Shown: positions 21,465-32,400 of the stretch, piece after piece
Numbering within the stretch: position 1 is the stretch's first letter
Layout of the letters: every line of letters starts with the position of its first letter
The notes under the pieces: generated by a model
What the model was told of the DNA's origin: nothing
Databases searched by the model: none
Seen by the model: the letters and a program-made list of their open reading frames with translations, nothing else
Made by a program: the position numbers and the translations under genes
NCBI GenBank assembly: GCA_963802945.1
Contig: CAWDKY010000028.1
Coordinates: 146,196 to 210,195, forward strand
DNA: 64,000 nucleotides
DNA from: an uncultured delta proteobacterium
GTDB lineage: Bacteria; Desulfobacterota; RBG-13-43-22
Reading direction: 5' to 3'

Positions 21465-22643
21465 TTATTTCCTCTCAAGAATCATGGCTGCCCCCATGCC
21501 TCCGCCGACACAAAGGGTAGCCAAACCTAAAACAGCCTTTCGTTTTAGCATTCCATAAAGTAAAGTAATCAATATTCTGGCCCCACTGGCCCCGATCGGA
21601 TGCCCCAGAGCAATGGCTCCACCACTGATATTGACCTTTTCCATATCCCAGCCCATTTCTCGGTTGACATAAGCTGCCTGTGATGCAAAGGCCTCATTGG
21701 CTTCGATCAGGTCTAAGTCCTTTACTGAAATCCCGGCTTGTTTTAAGGCCTTTCTGGAGGCCGGGACAGGACCTGTGCCCATAATGGAAGGATCCACACC
21801 GGCTGTAGCGTAAGAACGAATATAAGCCAAGGGCTGAAGCCCCATCTCCCTGGCCTTATCCAGAGACATGACCACTAGAGCCGCACCTCCGTCGTTGATA
21901 CCCGAAGCATTACCGGCAGTCACAGTTCCGCCTGGTTTAAAGGCCGGCTGAAGTCTGGCGAGGTCTGCCAGCGTTGTTGCCCTGGGATGTTCGTCGGTGT
22001 CAAACAATAAGGGTCCACCTTTTTTCTGGGGAATGGGAACGGGTATGATCTCGTCTTTAAACCTTCCTTCGGCTATGGCCTTGAGGGCGTTTTCTTGACT
22101 CCTCAAGGACAGCTTGTCTTGTTCCTCCCGGGATATTCTAAATTGTTCAGCAATATTTTCGGCTGTAATGCCCATATGAACCTGGCTGAAGACATCCAAA
22201 AGCCCATCATAGATCATCAGATCGACCATTTCACCATTGCCCATTCGAGTACCCCAACGGGCTTGCCTCAAACCATAAGGGGCCATACTCATGCTTTCAA
22301 AGCCGCCGGCCACAAGAATATCGGCATCTTCGGCTTTAATGGCCTGAGCCGCCATCATGACTGATTTCAAACCAGAGGCGCAGACTTTGTTGATGGTGGT
22401 GGCTGGAACCTCTTTGGGGATTCCGGAATGAATCACTACTTGCCGGGCGGCATTTTGACCCTGCCCGGCTTGAAGGACATTACCCAAAATAACCTCATCC
22501 ACTTTTTCTGGAGGAACCGACGCCCGCTTCAAGGCTTCTTTTACAGCGATAACCCCTAATTGAATTGCAGAGATCTCTTTAAGCCCCCCTCCGAATCTGC
22601 CTACCGGAGTTCGGGCTGCGCCAACAATCACTATTTCTTTCAT
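21465..22643 (-). CDS. Acetyl-CoA C-acetyltransferase (thiolase)
   Basis: [27 protein letters not shown]. Confidence 0.96.
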   Translation of the reverse strand: MKEIVIVGAARTPVGRFGGGLKEISAIQLGVIAVKEALKRASVPPEKVDEVILGNVLQAGQGQNAARQVVIHSGIPKEVPATTINKVCASGLKSVMMAAQAIKAEDADILVAGGFESMSMAPYGLRQARWGTRMGNGEMVDLMIYDGLLDVFSQVHMGITAENIAEQFRISREEQDKLSLRSQENALKAIAEGRFKDEIIPVPIPQKKGGPLLFDTDEHPRATTLADLARLQPAFKPGGTVTAGNASGINDGGAALVVMSLDKAREMGLQPLAYIRSYATAGVDPSIMGTGPVPASRKALKQAGISVKDLDLIEANEAFASQAAYVNREMGWDMEKVNISGGAIALGHPIGASGARILITLLYGMLKRKAVLGLATLCVGGGMGAAMILERK

Positions 22644-22817
22644 TGAATAAAACCTCCTTTAGAAAATAGAATTCAAAATTAAGAATGGGTCACTAAATCT
22701 CCATTTCACGTTCCGGACCTAATCGTGCCTGGAAAGGCAACGTCGTCTGTCATATTTGACATTAAGTAACACGTTCCGATTCTGTATTCTGACTCCTGTC
22801 TTCTGGATTCTGTTTTT

Positions 22818-23999
22818 TTATGCTTTTTCCACTATCAAACTGACCGCCTCTCCTCCTCCCAAACAGAGAGAGGCCATGCCGCGTTTGACCCCCCTCTCTT
22901 TCATAGCATAGAGCAAGGTGACCAGAACCCTGGCCCCACTGGCCCCGATCGGATGTCCTAAAGCGACTGAGCCGCCATGAACATTGACTTTCTCAGGATC
23001 CAGCCTCAGTTCATTAATCACGGCCACCGTAGAGGCCGAAAAGGCCTCATTGACCTCTTGGAGATCGATGTCGTCAATAGACAAGCCGGCTTTTTTAAGG
23101 ACCTTGGGGATGGAAAGTAAAGGGGCCACTAAAACGTATTTGGGGTCCAATCCCGACGAACCTTGTGCACCTACCCTGACCATCGGCGAAATATTAAGTT
23201 CCCGAACCTTGCTTCCTGACATCAATACCAGGGCAGCAGCCCCATCGCTGATCTTGGAGGCATTTCCGGCCGTCACCGTGCCGTTGGCCATAAAAGCCGG
23301 CTTTAATTCTGAGAGGGCTTCCAGACTGGTTTCCTTTACTATTTCGTCCTGATCAAAAACCTGCGGCCCTTTCCCCTTTCGAGGAATGGAAATGGGTAAA
23401 ATCTCTTCTTTAAACTTGCCTTCAGATCTGGCCTGCAAAGCCTTCTGATAAGAACGATAAGCAAATAAATCCTGTTCTTCTCTGGTTATCCTATATTTTT
23501 CAGCACAGTATTCAGCGCTGACACCCATCAGAAAATCATTATGGATATCCCTTAAACCGTCATGATCGAGGGAATCGATAAGTACACCATTGCCCATGCG
23601 ATATCCGGTGCGGACCTGTTCCAAATAAAAAGGGGCTTGGCTCATATTTTCCAGTCCGCCGGCCACGACCACTTCGGCATCTTTCAGGGCGATAGCCTGG
23701 GCGGCCAACATCACGGCCTTCAATCCTGAACCGCAGACCTTATTGACCGTAATGGCCCCTACATCATAAGGTAGCCCGGCCTTGAGCATGGCCTGTCGGG
23801 CCGGATTTTGTCCCAAGCCAGCAGGAAGGACATTGCCCATAATGACCTCATCCACCTGCCCCTTGGCCAGCCCGGCCCGTGCGATGGCCTCATTAATGAC
23901 AATGGCGCCCAACTCGGTAGCCTTAATGGCGCCCAAACTTCCATTAAAAGCCCCAACAGGGGTCCTTACGGCGCTGACGACATAAACCTCTTCCCGCAT
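22818..23999 (-). CDS. Acetyl-CoA C-acetyltransferase (thiolase), second tandem paralog
   Basis: [27 protein letters not shown]. Confidence 0.96.
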   Translation of the reverse strand: MREEVYVVSAVRTPVGAFNGSLGAIKATELGAIVINEAIARAGLAKGQVDEVIMGNVLPAGLGQNPARQAMLKAGLPYDVGAITVNKVCGSGLKAVMLAAQAIALKDAEVVVAGGLENMSQAPFYLEQVRTGYRMGNGVLIDSLDHDGLRDIHNDFLMGVSAEYCAEKYRITREEQDLFAYRSYQKALQARSEGKFKEEILPISIPRKGKGPQVFDQDEIVKETSLEALSELKPAFMANGTVTAGNASKISDGAAALVLMSGSKVRELNISPMVRVGAQGSSGLDPKYVLVAPLLSIPKVLKKAGLSIDDIDLQEVNEAFSASTVAVINELRLDPEKVNVHGGSVALGHPIGASGARVLVTLLYAMKERGVKRGMASLCLGGGEAVSLIVEKA

Positions 24000-24159
24000 A
24001 GTCAAATTCCTTTGATTTTTTTTGGAAAGTGCCTGGCAAGAATATTCTTCATCACTTGGAAATTATTGAGGGAAAAACAGCCATCCATGTTTTCATCGCT
24101 AATGAAATTATCAAAGATTCTCCTTAAGAACAACAGCGCAGGAAATGGGGTATGGGCCT

Positions 24160-24630
24160 TTATTGGAAGCTTCGAGCTATCTCTCCTAAAATATCCACAC
24201 TTCGGACCATCCCTATGATCTTTCCGGCGTCAGCGACCGGTATTGCTTCCAAATCACGATCATCCATGATCCGGATCACTTCGAACAATTTCTGACTGGG
24301 CCGCACGGAAACTTCAGGAAACAGCATGGCATCATTGACCGTAATCAACGAGTCGTTCTTACAATAATCTCCAAGCTGAGTGATCCAATCCTCTCTCTTC
24401 CCCTCACGAGTAAACTTGCTATGAAGGTAAATGATATATTTTAAAATATCTTTTGTCGTTATCAGGCCCAGATATTCCCCTGAAGCCCTCATAACAACCA
24501 GGCCGTGAATTTCCTGTTTTTTCCTACTTGAACCGGTCAGGATAGTACAGGCTTCTTTCAGAGGGGTTTCCGGGGTTACGGTTATAAAATTCGGATCCAA
24601 TACATCCCAAACGCGTTTTTCCAACGGCAT
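24160..24630 (-). CDS. CBS domain protein
   Basis: Two CBS repeats (TVTPETPL..GLITTKDI; VRPSQKL..GMVRSVDI). Confidence 0.85.
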   Translation of the reverse strand: MPLEKRVWDVLDPNFITVTPETPLKEACTILTGSSRKKQEIHGLVVMRASGEYLGLITTKDILKYIIYLHSKFTREGKREDWITQLGDYCKNDSLITVNDAMLFPEVSVRPSQKLFEVIRIMDDRDLEAIPVADAGKIIGMVRSVDILGEIARSFQ

Positions 24631-24783
24631 ATTCTTGGCCTCCTAAAAAGGATCGACTTAGATGTTCAAGAAAAATAGAATTAAGGCCCCTGAATATTCA
24701 GAAAAATTTCTTGTCAAATTAAAGAGTTTTTATGATATAAGATGATATAGTTTTAAAAATAAATTGTCAAGCAAGGGTGTGAA

Positions 24784-26139
24784 ATGAATAAAATTATTTT
24801 TATGGCCCTGGCGATTTCCCTGGTCTTCCTGCTATGGGGTTCGTTATCTCGAATCCAGGCCGAAGGTTTCGAACAAATAACAGAAAGGCGGCTGGACAAT
24901 GGATTACAGGTCCTTTTAATGCCCAATACGAAAGCACCGGTGGTTACGGTCCAGGTCTGGTATAAAGTGGGGTCCGGCAATGAACCCTATGGGCAGTCCG
25001 GATTGGCCCATCTTACCGAGCACCTCATGTTTCGAGGAACTAAAAAATATGGGCCCAAGCAATTTTCACGCATTGTTCAAAGAAATGGAGGGCAGGATAA
25101 TGCCTTTACTGACCGGGATTATACGGCCTATTTTGAAAACCTGGCTTCCGACCGACTGGCCGTTGCCCTAGATCTGGAATCCGACCGTATGATGAATTTA
25201 TTGGTGGAAAAGGACCTATTCCTGACCGAAAGAAAGGTGGTTCAAGAAGAACGCCGGTTAAGGATCAAAGATGACCCTTCGGCTTCCTTGTTTGAAGAAA
25301 TTATTGCCACGGCCTTTAAATCCCATCCTTACAAAAGACCCGTAACCGGTTGGATGGAAGATTTGGAAGGACTTACCCATTCGGATTTCCTTTCTTTTTA
25401 TCGGCAGTACTATCAACCGGCCAATGCCACTCTGGTTGTAGCTGGCGATTTTGATAAGGCCGCCATTTTCCCCATGATAGAAAAAACTTTCGGCCGGATT
25501 CCTAAAGGGCCCGATCTTCATCCTGTAATCATCAAAGAGCCGCCCCAGGAAGCCGACAAACGGGTTATCCTTCGCCGGGAGGAAGCCCAACTTCCTTATG
25601 TGGTTATAGCCTATCATGTCCCATCTTTTCCTCATCCAGATTCCTTTGCCTTAGAGGTCATGTCTCAAATCCTGGCCGGAGGGAAAAGTTCAAGGATGTA
25701 TCAAAAAATCGTTTATCAGGAACAAACGGCCTTGGAGGCCGGGGCGGATTATGCCTTTTCTTCGAAAGACCCTTTTCTTTTCTTTTTTTATGCCCAGGCC
25801 ATGCCTGATCGCACGCCGGAAAAAATAGAAGAAAGGCTCTTGCAAGAATTAGAGACCTGGGAAAAAATTCCTCCTACCCAGGAAGAAATTGAAAGGGCAA
25901 AAAATCAGATCGAAGCCTCTTTTATCTTTGCCCAGGATTCAATCTATTATCAAGCCAACCTGTTAGGAAGATATCAAACCCTTGGAAACTGGAAGGACTT
26001 GAATGCCTTTCTGCCGGGGGTTCGGGCCGTTCAATCGTCCGATCTTCTGCGGGTCTATCAAACTTATTTTAAAGGCCGGAATAAGACCGTGGGAATTTTA
26101 ATTCCCGCTAGTGAGGAAGAAGAAAAAAACAAACAGTAG
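24784..26139 (+). CDS. M16 family zinc peptidase, catalytic subunit
   Basis: Signal peptide, inverted zinc motif HLTEHLMFRGT, NAFT, YYQPANA. Confidence 0.93.
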   Translation: MNKIIFMALAISLVFLLWGSLSRIQAEGFEQITERRLDNGLQVLLMPNTKAPVVTVQVWYKVGSGNEPYGQSGLAHLTEHLMFRGTKKYGPKQFSRIVQRNGGQDNAFTDRDYTAYFENLASDRLAVALDLESDRMMNLLVEKDLFLTERKVVQEERRLRIKDDPSASLFEEIIATAFKSHPYKRPVTGWMEDLEGLTHSDFLSFYRQYYQPANATLVVAGDFDKAAIFPMIEKTFGRIPKGPDLHPVIIKEPPQEADKRVILRREEAQLPYVVIAYHVPSFPHPDSFALEVMSQILAGGKSSRMYQKIVYQEQTALEAGADYAFSSKDPFLFFFYAQAMPDRTPEKIEERLLQELETWEKIPPTQEEIERAKNQIEASFIFAQDSIYYQANLLGRYQTLGNWKDLNAFLPGVRAVQSSDLLRVYQTYFKGRNKTVGILIPASEEEEKNKQ

Positions 26140-26162
26140 GCTTCTGGCTTTAAACAATCCGG

Positions 26163-26316
26163 GAGCCTTTTGCAAAAGTCCAGTGACGTCATTCCGGCGA
26201 ACGCCGGAATCCAGTCCAGCCATTCGAGGGATGGTTCCCGACTTTCGTCGGGACGATGTCTGGACACCGGCTTTCGCCGGTGTGACGAAATTTTAGAGAG
26301 TTGCAAAAATCACTCG
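26163..26316. repeat. Miniature palindromic element (REP/MITE-like) between the two M16 genes
   Basis: Core GTCATTCCGGCGAACGCCGGAATCCAG ... CTGGACACCGGCTTTCGCCGGTGTGAC with an internal CCCGACTTTCGTCGGG hairpin; flanks TTTTGCAA/TTGCAAAA. Confidence 0.7.
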
Positions 26317-26370
26317 ATTTACCATTTTTTATCTTCCTTATTAACTGATTTTATGCAGAAAGAATGAACC

Positions 26371-27717
26371 ATGATCCGAAAGGTCTTGACTGTAATGCTT
26401 ACCTTATTAACCTGTTTAGGAGCAATGGCTCCAACTTCTTTGTCCTGCGCCGAATCGTCAGCCCGAAAAACTACCCTTTCCAACGGATTGACTTTAATCG
26501 TCTCGGAAAGAAATCAGCTCCCGACCATCCATCTTCAGGTTTTGATTCGTGCCGGATCGACATTGGATCCCCCCAACCTCATAGGCCTGGCCAATCTGAC
26601 AGCCGAATTATTGACCCAGGGAACTAAGCAAAGGGATGCCACTCAGATCAATCGAGAGATCGAATCGGTCGGAGGCTTCCTTTCCTCCTCATGCGAATCG
26701 GACTATGCCTTCTTAAGTTTGTCCATCTTAAAAAAAGATCTGCCTCTTGGTCTTTCCATCCTTTCGGACATCCTTTTGAATCCCCTTTTCGCTCCCCAGG
26801 AGGTCGAACGTAAGGTTTCGGAATTCAAAGCCCGCTTGAAACACATGGACGAAGATCCCAGGCAAGTAGCTCAACTGGCTTTTTCTAAAAAATTATTCGG
26901 AACCCATCCTTATGCTTATCCTACTGAAGGCTCGGCAACGGCCCTTTCTTCCATAACCCGGGACGACATTCCCCGTTTTTACCAGGCCTATTACCGACCC
27001 AATAATGTCAGTATCGTCGTGGTAGGCCAGATATCCTTGGAAGAAGGGACTCGACTGCTTGAACCTCTTTTCAAAGAATGGAAACCTGCTTCTGTCGTAC
27101 GCCCTGCCCTTTCTCAACCGTCTACTTTGACCGGTCAGTTGATCGAAAAGATCGATCGGCCGATAACCCAGGCCAATATTATCTGGGGCCACCTCGGGAT
27201 TGCCCGATCCAACCCGGATTTCTATGCCTTACAAGTCATGAATTATATCCTGGGAGGAGGAGGTTTTGTTTCTCGCCTGGTAGATAATATTCGTGACAAC
27301 CTGGGCTTGACCTATGGGATTTATAGTTTTTTCGATGCCCGGGAATACCCCGGCTCTTTTCAAATTGCCGTTGAAACTAAAAATCAAAATGCTAATCAGA
27401 CCCTTTCAGAAATATTAAAAGAATTACGACATTTTCTTGAAAAAGGGATTTCTCAAACCGAACTTTCCGAGGCCAAGGCCTATCTGACCGGCAGCTTCCC
27501 TCTACGGATGGATACCAATGCCAAAATGGTGCGACTTTTGGCCGCCATGGAATTGTATGGTTTGGGAATGGATTTCCCGGAAAAGTACTCGAAGCTTATC
27601 AATCAGGTGACGTCAGAGGATGTTCTACGAGTGGCTCGGACCTATCTCAAACCGGACCAATTTTTACTTGTCGTGGTAGGCAATCAAAAAGAGATCGGAC
27701 TGAAAGAAAGCTGGTAG
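26371..27717 (+). CDS. M16 family peptidase, non-catalytic partner subunit
   Basis: M16 fold lacking HXXEH; ILGGGGFVSRL...RDNLGLTY motif. Confidence 0.9.
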   Translation: MIRKVLTVMLTLLTCLGAMAPTSLSCAESSARKTTLSNGLTLIVSERNQLPTIHLQVLIRAGSTLDPPNLIGLANLTAELLTQGTKQRDATQINREIESVGGFLSSSCESDYAFLSLSILKKDLPLGLSILSDILLNPLFAPQEVERKVSEFKARLKHMDEDPRQVAQLAFSKKLFGTHPYAYPTEGSATALSSITRDDIPRFYQAYYRPNNVSIVVVGQISLEEGTRLLEPLFKEWKPASVVRPALSQPSTLTGQLIEKIDRPITQANIIWGHLGIARSNPDFYALQVMNYILGGGGFVSRLVDNIRDNLGLTYGIYSFFDAREYPGSFQIAVETKNQNANQTLSEILKELRHFLEKGISQTELSEAKAYLTGSFPLRMDTNAKMVRLLAAMELYGLGMDFPEKYSKLINQVTSEDVLRVARTYLKPDQFLLVVVGNQKEIGLKESW

Positions 27718-27827
27718 AAAACCAGCACAACGGTAAAGATTAGGCCGGTTCAATTGTAGAAACAAATTCTACGATCTGGTAAAAAAAGAATCCAATCACC
27801 CCTAGATGGCCCTTTTCTAGCAACCCT

Positions 27828-28847
27828 TTAAAACAAAGCCCGGACAAATTCATCGGGATTGAAGGGCTGCAAATCTTCCACCTTTTCACCGATACCGATA
27901 TATTCAATCGGGATCTTCAGTTCATTGCAGATCCCGACGATGATCCCCCCTTTAGCCGTGCCGTCCAGTTTGGTTAAAATGATTCCATTGATTTCCATGG
28001 CCTCATGAAATAGACGGGCCTGGGAAATGGCATTCTGCCCCATGGTGGCATCCAGGATTAACAAGGTTTGATGGGGACCAGTGGGGATTTCTTTCTGGAT
28101 GACCCGTCGAATTTTTTTTAGCTCTTCCATCAGGTTAGCACGGGTATGAAGCCTTCCGGCCGTATCGATCAGAACGATGTCCATCTCCCTGGCCCTGGCG
28201 GCCTTCAGGGCATCAAAGACCACGGCCGAAGGATCGGACCCTGCTTTCTTACGGATGATCTCTGCCCCGGCCCGTCCGGCCCAAATTTCCAATTGTTCAC
28301 CGGCTGCGGCCCGAAAGGTATCACCGGCCACCAATAAGACCTTTTCCCCTTGGGCTTGAAAGCGCTGGGCCAATTTTCCGATAGTCGTAGTCTTTCCTAC
28401 CCCATTTACCCCGATGACCAGAATGATAAAAGGCTTTTCAGAAAAATCGAGAGGTTTTCCCGGCACTTTCAAAAAGCGATGGATCTCCTGTTGTAGATAG
28501 GCTTTCAGTCGTTCGGGATCATCCAGCTCTTTTCTTTTGACTTTCTGTTGAACCGAATCGATCAAGGCTTGGGTGGTTATAACTCCTAGGTCCGAGGTGA
28601 TCAATATTTCTTCCAATGCTTCCAAAAGGTCTTCATCGATCTCCTTTTTACCCAGGACCAGACGATCCATTCGGGTGACCAAAATTTCCCTGGTCTCGGT
28701 TAATCGTTCCTTGAGACGAAAGAAAAAGCCTTTTTTATTCCCATTCGACTCTTCCGAATCGGGAGATAATTCCTTTTCTTCCCTATCAATTTCAGGTTGA
28801 TGATCATTATTTTCTTGTCCTTTTGGACGAAACCATTTCACCTTCAT
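27828..28847 (-). CDS. ftsY: Signal recognition particle receptor FtsY
   Basis: GVNGVGKTTT, DTFRAAA, DTAGR, TKLDGTAKGG. Confidence 0.97.
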   Translation of the reverse strand: MKVKWFRPKGQENNDHQPEIDREEKELSPDSEESNGNKKGFFFRLKERLTETREILVTRMDRLVLGKKEIDEDLLEALEEILITSDLGVITTQALIDSVQQKVKRKELDDPERLKAYLQQEIHRFLKVPGKPLDFSEKPFIILVIGVNGVGKTTTIGKLAQRFQAQGEKVLLVAGDTFRAAAGEQLEIWAGRAGAEIIRKKAGSDPSAVVFDALKAARAREMDIVLIDTAGRLHTRANLMEELKKIRRVIQKEIPTGPHQTLLILDATMGQNAISQARLFHEAMEINGIILTKLDGTAKGGIIVGICNELKIPIEYIGIGEKVEDLQPFNPDEFVRALF

Positions 28848-28942
28848 GGGCGCTTTTATTCCTTATTTAATTATTTTCTTTCAAGAAAGAAAACTTAGGC
28901 AAGAGTATAATAGATTATTTTTGGATAAAGAAGGAAATAATA

Positions 28943-29296
28943 TTATGGGTTCAGATGCTTTTTAATAAAAACGCCAAGTTCTGCAAAAATATCATCTTGT
29001 AAATCGACAAAAGAAAGTCTGGTTTCGTAAATATTATCCTTAACTATTTCCTTGGAATCAACAACATTTCCCAAAACCTCTACCCGCTGGGGGACAAAAG
29101 GAAATTTTATGGTCAGGGCCAATTGTGTACCAGGAGCAAATTTCTTGTTCGTCGTTAGAACCAATCCTCCCTGGCTGACATTTTTAGTTTGGCTAAGATC
29201 ATAATCTTTTGGAATATACTTATTCCGATAACTGACTATAAAATTAGCTTTGATCCTCGGGTAATTTCTTCTTTCTGGGCCATGATATTTTTCCAT
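28943..29296 (-). CDS. Stand-alone PilZ domain protein
   Basis: RxxxR (RNYPR) and NxSxGG (NVSQGG) c-di-GMP binding motifs. Confidence 0.85.
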   Translation of the reverse strand: MEKYHGPERRNYPRIKANFIVSYRNKYIPKDYDLSQTKNVSQGGLVLTTNKKFAPGTQLALTIKFPFVPQRVEVLGNVVDSKEIVKDNIYETRLSFVDLQDDIFAELGVFIKKHLNP

Positions 29297-29437
29297 TTTA
29301 TCCTCCTGTTTCCTTAAAAAATCGCTGAACCAGAAAAGGGTAGATTTTTAAAAGTCTTCTCATGAGCAGTTATCAAAAAGTGTGCGGGGCAACCAGCTTC
29401 CGAATTTTATTCCCTTGTTAGTCCTACAGATCAAAAC

Positions 29438-32400
29438 CTATTGAATCGTGTCCAATCTGACCGATACCAATTTAGATATCCCCGGTTGCTCCATGGTCAC
29501 CCCATAAAGGGTGTCGGCCATTTCCATAATTCGCCGGTTATGGGTAATCAGGATGATCTGTGAATCCCGGACGATACTTTGCACTAAATTTTTAAATCTT
29601 TCAATATTGGCCTCATCTAAAAAGGCGTCAATTTCGTCCAATAGACAGAAAGGGCTGGGTTTAACCAAATAGGTCGAAAATAAAAGGGCCAGGGCGGTAA
29701 GGGCCTTTTCCCCGCCGGAAAGGAGCGACATGCTGGTCACCCGTTTTCCCGGAGGATGCACCATAATATCCACCCCGGATTCCAGGGGGTCATCTTCGTC
29801 GGTAAGAGACAGCTTGGCAGTACCTCCTCCGAACAACACCGGGAATACTTCGTCCATCTTTTCCTGAATAACTTTAAAAGTGGATAAGAAGAGTTCCTTG
29901 GAGGTCAAATTTATCTTTTGGATGGCCCTCTTCAAGGCATCCATGGATTTGAGCAGGTCTTCTTCTTGCGTGTGATAAAAATCATATCTTTCTTTGAAGG
30001 CATTATATTCTTCCAGAGCAGTCAGATTCACCTCTCCTATTTGTTCCAACTTTTCCTTAAACTCTCGGCGTTTTATGGTTAAAGCTTCCAGGTCTTCATC
30101 ACCCTTTAAATAATGGGAAACCGCCTCCTCCGGAGTCAAGCCGGATTGTTCCAGTGTCCTTTCTTTTAAGTGATCGATTTTCATCTGCGTCTGGGCCAAT
30201 TCCATTCGAAGATCGTTTTCCTGTTGCTCGGCCTCATTCAGAAAACCCCTGGTTTCTTTTAACAACGTTTCCCGATCTTCTTTTTGTTTAATCATCTTAT
30301 CCCAGGTTTGATTGGCGGTTTGGATCTGGGCTTCCAGATTATCGACTTTGACGAGTAAATTCTTAGCCGCCTTCTCACCCAAGGCTACTTTTTCAATTAA
30401 ACCGGCTTGGATCTGGTTTCCTGTCAGGATTTTTTCCCGAAGTCTTTTTCGCCTGGTTTGCCTTTCAAACAGGGATTCTTTCAATCGTTCCCATTCCTTT
30501 CCAATATGTTCTCCTTTTTCTTTCAAAGCCGACAACTGGGTATAGGTCAAGGTCAAGGATTGTCTTTCCTGTTCCAGCTTGCCTTCCAGGATGTGGATCT
30601 CTCCGTCCTTGTCCTGAATGTCTTTTCGCAAACCTTCTATTTCCCGGTTTAAAGTTTCATCTTGCCTGGAAAGGGCTTGTTCCTCCAAGGCCTGATCTTC
30701 CTCTTGGGTCCGATATTCTTCCTCTTCCAGGATGAGCAACTGCAGGCGGCGCTGCATTGGTTTGGTTTCTTCCTGATGACCGATGATGCGCTTCTCCAGT
30801 TCGAGGATCTGCTCTTCTTCCTCCCGTTTCCCGTCCTCCAAGGCCTTGATTTGTTTGATTTGCTCACTGAGGTCTGTTTCTATAGTCCGGATCATCTCTT
30901 GTTTCAGGTTGATCTTTTCCTGCCATTCCTTAACGTTGATCTCTAATCTATGAATAAGGTTCTTTTGAAAAAGCAGGCCGCTCTCTGGTTTTCTGGAACT
31001 ACCGCCGGAAATGATCCCTTTGGAATCGATTAGGTCGCCTTCCAAGGTAACTATGCATACCCGGCTGGAATTATTTTTCCAGACCTCTAATCCTTGAGTT
31101 AAATCCGGGACCAGGACAAAAGAGCCCAATAAAACCTCCAGCCAGGGCCGTAATTCTTCTTGGACAGAGATTTTGGATAACAAGGGGATTAATCCTCTTT
31201 CTTCCCAATACCTGGAAGTTATCCCATCTGAAGGCAAATGGATATTCAAAGGTAGAAAGGAGGCCTTGCCTTGTTCCCGGTTTTTCAAAAAGCCGATTCC
31301 TTTAACGGCCCAAACAGGGTCTTGTATCATCAGGGCCTGCAAGGCCTCTCCCAAGGCAGCTTCCACCGCTGTCTCACAGCCGGGTTCAGTTTCCAGACCT
31401 TCCACCAACACCTGCCGGAACATCGGGGACGGCGATGAATCTTTGGCCCAATCAGCCTGAAGCAAGGCCCGGACCCCGTTTTGATAACTTTGAAAATTAT
31501 CCCGGATCTCCTGGAGATTCCTGATTTGAGCTTGGTCCTGTTTACTGGCCTGTTCCAAATCCCTTAATTCGTCTTCCAGTTTTTTTTGGGTTTTTCCGGC
31601 GTCGATCTTTTGCTGCTGGGCCTGAGCAATTTTTTCTATGGCTTGTCGTAAGGATTCCCTTTTTGCTACCAGCTTGATCTCTGCTTCCTGAATAGAGATA
31701 TTCAAAAAATCCAGTCGGGCCAATAATTGGGCCTTTTCTTCACCCTGGCGGATAATTCGCCGTTGTCGGTCCTCCTGTAATTTAACCAAACCGGCCCGCA
31801 TATTCCTCACTTTGGTCAGTTCCGTCAACTTGGTAACCAGAAAATCTTTGGTCTGCTCAATTTGTTCCTGACTTTTGGTTAATTTTTTTTTGGATTCCTC
31901 CAGCGATTGTTCCCTTTTCAGCACCCCTTCTTCTTCCCGGGCCAGCGTCTGGGTGAAAGAACTTACCTCTTTTGCCAGCGTCTTTTCCGTGGTTTCATTT
32001 TCTATTATCCACTGTTCTGTTTCTTGGACCTCCCTTTCAATTTCAACAGCTTCAGTTTCAATATTTTTCAATTCGTTATGATACTGTTGGATCTGGGCCT
32101 CTTGTTTCTCCAGATCGGCTTTCTGCCGATAAAATTGCTCCTGCTTTTCCTTCAACTGCTTTTCCAGTCCTAAGAGCTCAGTCTGCAATTGTTCCAGGGA
32201 GGTCTCATGGGACTGACATTCGTCCCTAAATTCATCGGTCTGCCCCTGCTGACGTCCAAATTCCTCTTCCTTCTGCACTTTTCCTTCCAGCAACGATTGA
32301 TATTCCTTGGCTAAAAGGACCAACTCAACCGCTCTGGATTGTTTGCGGATCTCTTTATACCGTTCGGCCTTCTTGGCCTGGCGGTAAAGGGAATTCATCT

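Noticed and set aside
26064-26367. Short ORFs such as VIPANAGIQ / WIPAFAGMT
   Set aside because: Translations of the palindromic repeat, not genes
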